In this document: in pieces, positions 27,737-35,558 of the stretch
Numbering within the stretch: position 1 is the first letter of the stretch
Layout of the letters: every line of letters starts with the position of its first letter
From: Geodermatophilaceae bacterium
GTDB lineage: Bacteria > Actinomycetota > Actinomycetes > Mycobacteriales > Geodermatophilaceae
Direction of reading: 5' to 3'
Assembly (NCBI GenBank): GCA_051000515.1
Contig: JBPCOF010000344.1
Location: 1 to 49,361, forward strand
DNA length: 49,361 nt
Notes under the pieces: generated by a model
What the model was told of the DNA's origin: nothing
The model's database searches: none
What the model saw: the letters and a program-made list of their open reading frames with translations, nothing else
Program-made: the position numbers and the translations under genes

Positions 27737-27797
27737 GCGATGCTCACTCGCTCTCGGCTCACTGCTGGCCCGCGATGCTCACTCGCTCTCGGCTCAC
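27737..27797. repeat. Tandem duplication: a 26-bp perfect copy at 35-bp period
   Basis: GCGATGCTCACTCGCTCTCGGCTCAC occurs at 27737-27762 and 27772-27797. In addition, CGGCTCACTGCTG(A/G)CCCGC at 27665-27684 (spanning the PDZ-protease start codon) is repeated at 27755-27774. Confidence 0.85.
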
Positions 27798-27860
27798 CCG
27801 TCCGAGCGTAGGTGACGACGTCGCGGAACGACTGGCCAGGACATCGCGTTGAATCGTGAT

Positions 27861-29222
27861 ATGAGCAGTGATCTCCCATTCGGTTTCGGAGGAAGTGGGC
27901 GTGAGCCCGAGCGTCGCGAACCCGGCGGCGGCCCACCTGGGGCAGGCGGAAGTGGCGGTCCGGGTGGGGGTGGGGGACCCGAGGATCTGCTGGGCAAGAT
28001 TCCGCTCTTCGCCGAATTGCAGAAGCTCTTGACCTACAACGGCGGTCCGGTCAACTGGGATCTTGCGCGACAAGGGGCGATCGGTGCGGTCGCGGGTGGA
28101 CATCGACCGGTCAGCGACGACGAGCGCCAGGCAGTACGCGCCGCGCTGGACCTCGCCGACCTGTGGCTCGGCGAAGTGACCGAACTGCCCTCCGGCATCA
28201 CCACCGCCACCGCGTGGTCGCGGGTGGAATGGATCGAGAAGACCCTGCCGGTGTGGTCCAACCTCTGCGATCCGGTGGCCGACCAGATCGCCACCACGAT
28301 GACCGCCGTGATCCCGCCCGAAGCGGCGCAGGCAGCCGGCCAGATGGGCGGAATGCTCAAGGCCTTGGGCGGGATGATGTTCGGTGCACAGGTAGGTCAG
28401 GCGATGGCCAGCCTGTCCAGTGAAGTGCTTACCGGTACCGACGTGGGACTTCCGCTGGCGCCACCTGGCACGGCCGTACTGCTCCCGCAGAACGTCACCG
28501 AGTTCGGCACCGGCCTGGGGCTGCCTGAAGACGAGATCCGGCTCTTCCTCGCTCTGCGGGAGGCGGCTCATCAGCGGCTGTTCGGGCATGTTCCGTGGCT
28601 GCGCCAGCGGTTGCTGGACACCGTCGAGTCCTACGCCCGCGGGATCACCGTCGATGTGGACGCAATGCGTTCGAAGATGGAGGAGGCAATGGGCTCGGTC
28701 GACCCGACCAATCCGGAGAGCCTCCAGGCGGCCATGCAGTCGGGCATGTTCACCCCCCAGGAGAGTCCTGAGCAGCAGCGCGCGCTGGCGCGCCTGGAGA
28801 CTTTGCTCGCCCTGACCGAGGGCTGGGTGGACGCTGTGGTGTACCAGGCCTGCGCGGACCGGCTGCCCGGGGCAGTCAAGCTGACCGAGACGATCCGGCG
28901 ACGCCGGGCCAGCGGCGGACCCGCCGAACAGACCTTCGCCACGCTGGTCGGGCTGGAGTTGCGTCCGCGGCGGTTGCGCGATGCGGCGACGCTGTGGACG
29001 GTGCTGCACAAGGAGCACGGGACCGAGGGCCGTGACCGGCTGTGGAACCACCCGGATCTGCTGCCCAGCGCCGAGGACCTAGACGACCCGGAAGCCTTCG
29101 CCGCCACCTGCGGTCACGGTGATGGCACTGCCACGGAGTGGTCCGTCGCAGCCTTGGACGAGGCTGGCCCGGCACCGACCGATCCTGAGCAGAACAAACC
29201 CTCCGCCGGCGAAACCGCCTGA
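27861..29222 (+). CDS. DUF2342-family putative hydrolase (databases usually call this a zinc-dependent metalloprotease)
   Basis: It has a Gly/Pro-rich N-terminus followed by a conserved helical domain, and it is placed divergently from the PDZ/Lon gene as in Rv3194c/Rv3195 (memory). I see no canonical HExxH; the closest is EAAHQ. ATG 27861 is preferred over TTG 27849. Confidence 0.7.
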   Translation: MSSDLPFGFGGSGREPERREPGGGPPGAGGSGGPGGGGGPEDLLGKIPLFAELQKLLTYNGGPVNWDLARQGAIGAVAGGHRPVSDDERQAVRAALDLADLWLGEVTELPSGITTATAWSRVEWIEKTLPVWSNLCDPVADQIATTMTAVIPPEAAQAAGQMGGMLKALGGMMFGAQVGQAMASLSSEVLTGTDVGLPLAPPGTAVLLPQNVTEFGTGLGLPEDEIRLFLALREAAHQRLFGHVPWLRQRLLDTVESYARGITVDVDAMRSKMEEAMGSVDPTNPESLQAAMQSGMFTPQESPEQQRALARLETLLALTEGWVDAVVYQACADRLPGAVKLTETIRRRRASGGPAEQTFATLVGLELRPRRLRDAATLWTVLHKEHGTEGRDRLWNHPDLLPSAEDLDDPEAFAATCGHGDGTATEWSVAALDEAGPAPTDPEQNKPSAGETA

Positions 29223-29461
29223 CCCGGCTCGGCCCGCACGGCCAGTATCCTGCGTCCGTCCACAGCGCGACTGGACGGCGTCCCCAAGCTATCCACACCC
29301 CTGTCCACACGCCGTGCATAACTGTCCTGGCCCGGCGCTGCTTGACCCTGGGGCGTGGACGCTTCTACCGTCGACGCGAGAACCCCCCGGCTTCGGCTCG
29401 AGGACGCGCTGGCAGGGGAAGGCCAACGGGTCCAGCGGGTCGAACCCGGGGGATTCTGCGC

Positions 29462-30322
29462 TCAACGGCCGGTGCAGCGCGGACTGCGCCGCTCTCTGGC
29501 GGCTGCGATGCCCTCGACCAGATCCTCGGTCGCCATGGTCAGTGGCGCAGCGACCGCCTCCCACTTCAGGGCCGCCTCGAAGCTGAGATGACCGCCGTCG
29601 GTCAGCGCCTGTCTGGTCAGCCGGGTTGCGATCGGAGCACGAGTGGCAATGGTCGAGGCGATGTCCAGCACCTGTGTCAACAGAGTCTCCGCTGGGAAGA
29701 TCTGGTTGACCAGCCCGACAGCCAGCGCGCCGTCGCCGCGGAGCACGCGTCCGGTCAGCAACATCTCACCAGCCACCCCGAGGCCCACCACCTCCGGCAG
29801 CAGGAACGTCGAGGTCATCCCCGGGTGGATGCCCAGTGAGGTGAATGGCATAGCCCGGCTTCAGGTGTGGCATAACGCACGCCATCGCCATCGCCGTCGC
29901 CATCGCCATCGCCAAGCCAAGCCAGCTCCGACCGCTGCGCCATTGAGCGCCGCGATGGACGGAACGTCCGCGGCTCGGATCCCCAGCCAGGCCCTGTAGA
30001 AGGTCAGCATCCGGGTGCGCAGTCGATCCGGAGTCATCGTTGCGGACTTCTTCAGCCAGGCCAGTTCACCGCCGGCGGAGAATGCCTTGGCCACGCCCGT
30101 GACGACGACTGCGCGCAGGCCAGGATCGGTTTGTAGCTGCTCGATCGCGACTTGCCATGCCTCGGTGAGTTCGTCGGTCATGGCGTCATCAGATGGAACA
30201 GCGTCAAGAGCATCGATCCGAGCGTCGGGCATGAGACCTCCGGAGTCAGCGGGCCGGCAAGCTGGCGGTCTGTGCAGGCTGACCCTCGATGCGACGCGCC
30301 GCGTCGCGCAGCGTGCGCCCAA
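29462..30322 (-). pseudogene. Enoyl-CoA hydratase/isomerase (crotonase) family gene, disrupted
   Basis: The upstream ORF ends ...AALNGAAVGAGLAWRWRWRRRWRWRALCHT*. The downstream ORF restarts MPFTSLGIHPGMTSTFLLPEVVG in the same frame after an in-frame TGA. The expected crotonase segments GLAMAMATAMAMAC and VRYATPEAGL lie in the two other frames, which implies three successive 1-nt shifts within about 90 nt. Confidence 0.6.
29881..29913. repeat. Hexanucleotide tandem repeat (GCCATC)5.5 inside the disrupted crotonase gene
   Basis: gccatc gccatc gccgtc gccatc gccatc gcc, followed by (gccaa)2. On the coding strand this reads as (Ala-Met)n in the active-site helix frame. Confidence 0.9.
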
Positions 30323-30422
30323 GCGGCTGCCTACGCTGCGGCGAGTACCGTGTCCCGCGACAGCGTGCCCGCGCTGCGCAAGCCGCAGTGGGGTACGGGA
30401 CTGCCGACAGCAGGGAGGAACT

Positions 30423-30575
30423 GTGGCCGAGACCTATAACGGCTACTGCGTGAAGTGCAAGGAGAAGCGCGACTTCGATGGTGAAGTCAGCGTGAGTGAG
30501 TCGGGGCGGCGGATGGCCAAGGGCATCTGTCCGGTGTGCAACACCAAGATGAACCGCATTCTCGGCAAGGCCTGA
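30423..30575 (+). CDS. 50-aa Cys4 zinc-ribbon mini-protein (DUF5679-like)
   Basis: The product is VAETYNGYCVKCKEKRDFDGEVSVSESGRRMAKGICPVCNTKMNRILGKA, with two CxxC pairs. The GTG is preceded by GGGAGGAA at a 4-nt spacing. The rest of ORF 30015..30575 is antisense to the crotonase gene. Confidence 0.6.
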   Translation: MAETYNGYCVKCKEKRDFDGEVSVSESGRRMAKGICPVCNTKMNRILGKA

Positions 30576-30605
30576 GCAACTCAGCCCACCGACGCCGCCG
30601 GTAAC

Positions 30606-30637
30606 GGCGACCCTCTCGAGTTGTCGAGAAGGTCGCC
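30606..30637 (+). terminator. GC-rich imperfect hairpin after the mini-protein gene
   Basis: GGCGACC-CTCTCGA-gttg-TCGAGAAG-GTCGCC has about 13 bp of stem with one bulge and no U-tract. Confidence 0.35.
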
Positions 30638-30656
30638 GTCGCCTGTGGAGCCGCTA

Positions 30657-30688
30657 GTGGATGACCGGCGCCTGTGGATGACCGGCGC
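30657..30688. repeat. Direct repeat GTGGATGACCGGCGC x2 (17-bp period) upstream of the E1-like gene
   Basis: Copies are at 30657-30671 and 30674-30688. GCCTGTGGA also recurs at 30641 and 30670, and the gene itself starts with GTGGATCAAACC at 30721. Confidence 0.8.
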
Positions 30689-30720
30689 ACGACGTCACCC
30701 ACCTTTGCCAGGCTGGCGTT

Positions 30721-31806
30721 GTGGATCAAACCCGCCCGACCTTTCATTCTCGACCGACCATCAAGCCGTGGCTGCCGAGACTGTGGCGTGATCCAGAGAC
30801 CCTCCAGATCGGGATAGATCCAGCCGGCGGCGCGATCGTCTCGGGTGTGGACGCTGCCGCCGCGAGCTGGCTGGTCGGGCTGGACGGGAGCCGCAGCGAA
30901 GCCGAGACCCTCGTCGAGGCCGCCGCCGCTGGCCTCGACGTCGCGAACGCAGTGGGCATCCTGTCCGGACTGCGCCGAAGCGGGGTCCTGCTGTCAGAGC
31001 CGATCGACGTCGACGACCTCGGGGACACCGGGCCGCTGTTACCCGAGTTGGTGGATTTGACCGCTGCTCTGACCTCGGCAGAGCAGGGCAGTCAGGCGCT
31101 GAGCGCCCGAAGCCGACAGCACATCGCCATCGAAGGTGCCAACCGGATCGGAGTGCCGCTGGGCGCCCTGCTCGCAGCCAGTGGCGTCGGGCGCCTCAGC
31201 TTCCTCGACGCCCAACCCGTACGACGCTGCGATGCCGGCGTGGGTGGCCTCAGCCTGGACGACGAAGGCGAGCCACGGGTCGCCGCTGCGCAACGTGCGA
31301 TCCGCCGGATCTCTGCGTTGGAGCAGGCGCTGATCCAAGCCGCACCTCACGAGGCCGACCTGCTCGTCCTGTGCCAACCCTGGACGGTTCATGACCCACT
31401 GCGCAATCGTGGGATGAACGAGCGGACCGCCCATCTGGCAGTCGCCGTATGCCAGGGCACGGTGGTGATCGGTCCCCTGGTGCTGCCAGGCAGGACCAGC
31501 TGTCTGCACTGCGCGGAACTGCATCGCACCGATCGTGATCCACGGTGGCCGGCCGTGGCCGCCCAGCTGGTGGCCGCTCCGAACCGGGCGATGCACGAAC
31601 CAACCAGCGTGCTGGCCAGCCTCGCCGCGGCCCTGGCCGCCGCGCAGATCTTGGACCATCTCGACGGCATCCGCGTACCCGACGTGGTCGGAGCCACTCT
31701 GGAACTGCGCCCGCCGGACTGGCAACTGCAGCGGCGCTCGTGGCCGCCGCACGCCGACTGTGACTGCGTCGACGCCGTATCGGAGCCGATCAGAGCCGCC
31801 GGCTGA
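30721..31806 (+). CDS. E1/ThiF-like protein with N-terminal winged-helix (RRE-like) domain; 'cyclodehydratase C-protein-like', orphan
   Basis: The Rossmann segment is IAIEGANRIGVPLGALLAASGVGRLSFLD, a degenerate GxGxxG. CLHCAELHRTDRDPRWPAVAAQL is present, and the N-terminal 90 aa (LQIGIDP..AIVSGVD...WLVGLDGSRS) resemble leader-peptide-binding domains. Position before the ABC1 kinase matches Rv3196 (memory). Confidence 0.55.
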   Translation: MDQTRPTFHSRPTIKPWLPRLWRDPETLQIGIDPAGGAIVSGVDAAAASWLVGLDGSRSEAETLVEAAAAGLDVANAVGILSGLRRSGVLLSEPIDVDDLGDTGPLLPELVDLTAALTSAEQGSQALSARSRQHIAIEGANRIGVPLGALLAASGVGRLSFLDAQPVRRCDAGVGGLSLDDEGEPRVAAAQRAIRRISALEQALIQAAPHEADLLVLCQPWTVHDPLRNRGMNERTAHLAVAVCQGTVVIGPLVLPGRTSCLHCAELHRTDRDPRWPAVAAQLVAAPNRAMHEPTSVLASLAAALAAAQILDHLDGIRVPDVVGATLELRPPDWQLQRRSWPPHADCDCVDAVSEPIRAAG

Positions 31807-31876
31807 GCCGATCCATCACGCCGGCGCGGTGCCGCCTTTGCCCGCTGAGCGCCGCGTTGTCGGCCTGGAGTGGACA

Positions 31877-33208
31877 ATGGCACCGGTGAGCCACGACTCA
31901 GGGCCAATTCCGCGCCGGAGCGCGTCCCGTACGGCGCGGCTCGCATCGCTGCCTATCAATGCCGCGGGCCGCGCCACCCTCGGACTGGGCAAGCGACTGT
32001 CGGGCCGTTCCGCCGAAGAGGTGACGCTGGAGTTACAGCAGCAGACCGCCGAGCAGATCTTCGCCGTCCTGGGTCAGCTCAAGGGCGGGGCGATGAAATT
32101 CGGGCAGGCGATGTCGGTGTTCGAGGCCGCCTTCCCCGAGGAGGTGGCCGCACCGTACCGCGCTGCGTTGACAAAGCTGCAGGAGGCGGCGCCGCCGATG
32201 CCGGTCAGAACGGTGCACGCCGTCCTTGCCCAGCAGCTGGGCAGTCGCTGGCGGGAACGGTTCCTGCACTTCGACGACCACGCCGCCGCCGCGGCCAGCA
32301 TCGGCCAGGTCCACCGCGGGACGTGGCGGGACGGGCGCTCGGTCGCGATCAAGGTGCAGTACCCAGGTGCCGGCCCGGCTCTGATGGCTGACCTCAACCA
32401 GCTGGCCCGCTTTGCCCGCCTGTTCGGAATGTTGGCGCCCGGGATGGACGTGAAGCCGCTGATCGCCGAGATCAGGGATCGGGTCTCGGAGGAACTGGAC
32501 TACGCCCTGGAGGCAAACTCTCAGCGTGCTTTTGCCGCGGCGTACGCCGGCGATCGGGAGATCCACGTACCGCGTGTCGTCGCCAGCGCGCCCAAGGTGA
32601 TCGTATCGGAGTGGATCGAGGGCCTACCGCTGTCGACGATCATCGACAGCGGTACGCAGGAGCAGCGCAACCAGGCGGGTCTGTTGCTGGCCACGCTGCA
32701 CTTCTCCGGTCCGGAGCGTGCTCGGCTACTGCACGCCGATCCGCACCCGGGCAACTTCCGGCTCATGGCCGACGGCCGGCTCGGGGTCATCGACTTCGGT
32801 GCCGTGGCGCGATTGCCGGAAGGCCACCCAGAACCGATCGGGCGGATGGCCCGCTTGGCCCTGGACGGACAGGCCGACGCAGTCCTCGCTGAGTTGCGCA
32901 AGGAGGGCTTCGTCCGGCCGAACATCAACGTGGACGCCCAGGCCACCCTGGACTATCTGCAGCCGATCCTGGCCCCGATCGCCGATGACCACTTCCGATT
33001 CAGTCGCGACTGGATGCGCCGGGAAGCGGCCCGGATCGGTGACCCGCGATCAGAGGCCAACAAGCTCGCCCGTCAGCTGAACCTTCCGCCGGGCTATCTG
33101 ATGATCCACCGGGTGACGATCGGCTCGATCGGCGTCTTGTCCCAGCTCGGCGCCGAGGGCAACTTCCGGCAGATCCTGAAGCGCTGGATGCCCGGCTTCG
33201 CCGGTTGA
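31877..33208 (+). CDS. ABC1/UbiB family atypical kinase
   Basis: AAASIGQVHRG...VAIKVQYPG, LLHADPHPGNFRL and GVIDFGA are present. The start is taken at ATG 31877 (MAPVSHD). Confidence 0.85.
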   Translation: MAPVSHDSGPIPRRSASRTARLASLPINAAGRATLGLGKRLSGRSAEEVTLELQQQTAEQIFAVLGQLKGGAMKFGQAMSVFEAAFPEEVAAPYRAALTKLQEAAPPMPVRTVHAVLAQQLGSRWRERFLHFDDHAAAAASIGQVHRGTWRDGRSVAIKVQYPGAGPALMADLNQLARFARLFGMLAPGMDVKPLIAEIRDRVSEELDYALEANSQRAFAAAYAGDREIHVPRVVASAPKVIVSEWIEGLPLSTIIDSGTQEQRNQAGLLLATLHFSGPERARLLHADPHPGNFRLMADGRLGVIDFGAVARLPEGHPEPIGRMARLALDGQADAVLAELRKEGFVRPNINVDAQATLDYLQPILAPIADDHFRFSRDWMRREAARIGDPRSEANKLARQLNLPPGYLMIHRVTIGSIGVLSQLGAEGNFRQILKRWMPGFAG

Positions 33209-33213
33209 TTCGC

Positions 33214-33681
33214 TCAGCTCCGTTTGCGGACGACGACCACGGTGCACGGCGCGTGCCGTACGACGTTCTCGGCGACCGAGCCGATGATCGCGCCGGCGAA
33301 GCCACCCCGCCCGCGGTTGCCCAGGACCACCATGTCCGCGGTGGCCGCAGCGGCGAGAATGACATCGGTCGATGCCTCGTGGATCACGTGGGTGTGCACC
33401 TCGACGCCTTGTGGTTCACAGGTCGCCAGACTCTCGTGCAGTTGTTGCTCGACCCAGGTCCCTGCCTCGTCGAAGCTGGGTACACCGGCCGAGATCCCAC
33501 CCATGTCGCGGATCACCCCGGACAGCACCCAGGCCCGGACCACGTGGACGGCCTGGGTACGTACCCGACCCTCCTCGACCGCCCAGCGCATTGCCTCGTG
33601 TGCCGCCGATGAGCCGTCGTGTCCGACCACGATTCCACCCGCGATCGGTGGGTCGAAGCCGATCTCCTCAGTACGGGCCAC
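33214..33681 (-). CDS. Universal stress protein (UspA family)
   Basis: IVVGHDGS is at the N-terminus and the ATP motif GNRGRGGFAGAIIGSVAENVVRHAPCTVVVV at the C-terminus. Confidence 0.85.
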   Translation of the reverse strand: MARTEEIGFDPPIAGGIVVGHDGSSAAHEAMRWAVEEGRVRTQAVHVVRAWVLSGVIRDMGGISAGVPSFDEAGTWVEQQLHESLATCEPQGVEVHTHVIHEASTDVILAAAATADMVVLGNRGRGGFAGAIIGSVAENVVRHAPCTVVVVRKRS

Positions 33682-34088
33682 GCCTTACCACCACCTCTGG
33701 TCCAGGCGCCCCTCGATCGATCGCAGATGGGCGCGCGCGCAAGCCTCACACATCCAGCGGACCATGCCCCGATCGACCTCGTACGTTCCACGTCAGTGGC
33801 GGATCGGCTGTGCCGTCGTGCTCCATCTCGGATGCCAGCTGATCGGCCGGGGCGGGCGCGGTCATCGGCCCGATCGCGCTTGGATTCGCCACTCGTTACA
33901 AGATCAACCCGCTGATGAGGGCATGCTGGTCGTGTATGGCCATGCTGAAGCTGCACGCCGATCTGCTGGAGAGGGACGGCCGGGTCGAGGAGGCCCGCGT
34001 CGCCTATGCCATTGCGGCTGGCCTGGCCACCAGCATTTCCGGAGCAGCGTTATCTCAACACCAAGGCTGCGCTGCAGATAAGGACGTC

Positions 34089-34466
34089 ATGTCTGACTCG
34101 ATCAGGCTCAGTTCGGTTGCGATCAACTGCCCCGACGCCGCGAAGCTGGCCGCGTTCTACGCCGACATCACCGGCGGAGAGGTCACCGTCTTCGACCGAA
34201 CGTGGGCCACCGTCCAGGGCCCCGGCGGGCGGATCGACTTCCAAACCGTTCCCGACCACACTCCGCCGACGTGGCCCGAATCGGAAGTGCCGACGCATCT
34301 GCATCTGGACTTCTATGTCGATGACCTGACCGCCACCGAGGCTCGGGTGCTGGCGGCCGGGGCGACCAAGTACGGCATCCAGCCCAACCCTGATCACTGC
34401 TCCGTGTTTGCCGACCCCGCCGGTCATCCGTTCTGCCTGTCCACCTGGGACGAACTGCGGCCCTGA
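34089..34466 (+). CDS. VOC (glyoxalase/bleomycin-resistance/dioxygenase) family protein
   Basis: The 125-aa product has SSVAINCPDAAKLAAFY, HLHLDFYVDDL and ADPAGHPFCL. ATG at 34089. Confidence 0.8.
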   Translation: MSDSIRLSSVAINCPDAAKLAAFYADITGGEVTVFDRTWATVQGPGGRIDFQTVPDHTPPTWPESEVPTHLHLDFYVDDLTATEARVLAAGATKYGIQPNPDHCSVFADPAGHPFCLSTWDELRP

Positions 34467-34593
34467 CCGGCCAGTAAGCAATCGCACGCGGGAGACGTGA
34501 CCGAGCCCCCGGCGTGCATCTGCGCTGAGATGTACGGCGAGGGCTCGGATTGGGTGATCGGTGAGCGCGCTGACTGCCGCTCGAACCGTCCGG

Positions 34594-34758
34594 TCACCAG
34601 ATGGCGCTGCGCGCCATCTGCGCGCGTCGTGCGGCGCGCTCGGCGCGACGCTGCCAGCGCTGGGCGGCGATCAGCCGTCGGGCGCGGGATCCGGCCAGCG
34701 CGTCGGCGCGCAGGTCACGGATGCGGGCTCGGGCCACATCGTTGGCGATGGAGTTCAT
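34594..34758 (-). CDS. Hypothetical 54-aa Arg/Ala-rich helical protein
   Basis: ATG 34756-34758 is preceded by GAAAGGAA (8-nt spacing) and lies 68 nt downstream of whiB7. There is no recognisable family, and the composition is compatible with a chance ORF. Confidence 0.3.
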   Translation of the reverse strand: MNSIANDVARARIRDLRADALAGSRARRLIAAQRWQRRAERAARRAQMARSAIW

Positions 34759-34826
34759 GTCAAGGATTCCTTTCTGATCTCGGGGCTGAATGGTGCTCGG
34801 GGCTGTGCTTGGGACGGATGCAGAGC

Positions 34827-35135
34827 TCATGCGGCAACCTCCTTGCGGGGACGGCCTCGTGGGCGCTTGCGGGCGATGACGACACCTCGTTCGAAGATCT
34901 CTCCGCCCCACACCCCCCATGGCTCGGAGCGGGCCATCGCTCCGCGCAGGCATGCCTGGCGAACCGGGCAGGTGGCGCAGAAGTCCTTGGCGATCTCGAG
35001 TTCGGCCGGTGTCTCTGCGAACCACAGGTCGGGGTTCTGGACCCGACATGGCAGTTCGTCATCGGCAAGGGCGAGGTCGGCAACATCCAGCGTGATCGAC
35101 CAGACAGCGGTGTCGGTCGTGGTGGCCCCGTTCAC
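34827..35135 (-). CDS. whiB7: WhiB7-type transcriptional activator (WhiB domain + AT-hook)
   Basis: LPCRVQNPDLWFAE...CATCPVRQACL...EPWGVWGGEIF plus a C-terminal AT-hook RKRPRGRPRK. The GTG start at 35133-35135 has AAGGAGG 8 nt upstream. Confidence 0.9.
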   Translation of the reverse strand: MNGATTTDTAVWSITLDVADLALADDELPCRVQNPDLWFAETPAELEIAKDFCATCPVRQACLRGAMARSEPWGVWGGEIFERGVVIARKRPRGRPRKEVAA

Positions 35136-35210
35136 GGGGTTCACCTCCTTGTTCTTCAGGACGGATCGGCTACTCGGAGGGACTGGGTTGGTGGACGGTG
35201 GGCTGGCCGG

Positions 35211-35254
35211 GGAAATGAAAGAGGCCGCGAATCCCGGGTGGGATTCGCGGCCTC
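35211..35254 (-). terminator. Intrinsic terminator / attenuator in the whiB7 leader
   Basis: Minus strand reads GAGGCCGCGAATCCC-ACCC-GGGATTCGCGGCCTC (perfect 15-bp stem), followed directly by TTTCATTTCC. It lies between the uORF stop (35281) and the whiB7 start (35135). Confidence 0.7.
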
Positions 35255-35280
35255 GAAGGGGACCTGCGTTGATCGTCGGA

Positions 35281-35463
35281 TCAATGCGGTTCTCTTCGAG
35301 GCGGAATGCCACCCTGGGCCTGGGCAACCATGCTGTGGACGGACTTCTCCACATCGGCGGCGAAATCGGGCGCGATGCAAGGCGCCCCCAGGTACCGGAG
35401 CCGGTTGGAGGCAGCCCACGTCATGCCGTCAGCGTTGCCGATGGCATTGGTCTTTGTGATCAC
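35281..35463 (-). CDS. whiB7 leader uORF (60 codons)
   Basis: The GTG at 35461-35463 has AGGAGGAA 5-7 nt upstream. The product is MITKTNAIGNADGMTWAASNRLRYLGAPCIAPDFAADVEKSVHSMVAQAQGGIPPRREPH. The stop lies 27 nt before the terminator stem. Confidence 0.55.
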   Translation of the reverse strand: MITKTNAIGNADGMTWAASNRLRYLGAPCIAPDFAADVEKSVHSMVAQAQGGIPPRREPH

Positions 35464-35520
35464 GGGGCTTCCTCCTCTCAGACGAACCGAGCGCGCGCCA
35501 GTTGTACGCGCAGGTCGGAG

Positions 35521-35558
35521 AGTATGCCTGGTGCCGGACAGGCCGCAATCGAATTACC
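35521..35558 (-). promoter_or_regulatory. Candidate whiB7 promoter with AT-rich upstream element
   Basis: Minus strand reads GGTAATTCGA-TTGCGG-N16-CATACT. The -35 is at 35548-35543 and the -10 at 35526-35521. The AT-rich GGTAATTCGA lies directly upstream of the -35, where WhiB7 AT-hook binding is described in mycobacteria. It overlaps the uvrD2 stop. Confidence 0.35.

Noticed and set aside
27759-29051. 430-aa minus-strand ORF
   Set aside because: It is antisense to the DUF2342 hydrolase gene and is Arg/Gly/Pro/Gln-rich. The divergent-gene arrangement already explains the locus.
29881-29923. Short tandem repeats (here and at 27737, 30657, 38080, 45651 and 48124) as a CRISPR array
   Set aside because: The units are 5-35 bp with only 2-5 copies and no spacer-sized unique intervals, and there are no cas genes. 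They are simple tandem duplications or microsatellites.
33513-33956. 147-aa minus-strand ORF in the USP-VOC gap
   Set aside because: Arg-rich low-complexity translation that overlaps the USP gene's 5' end out of frame. No SD.
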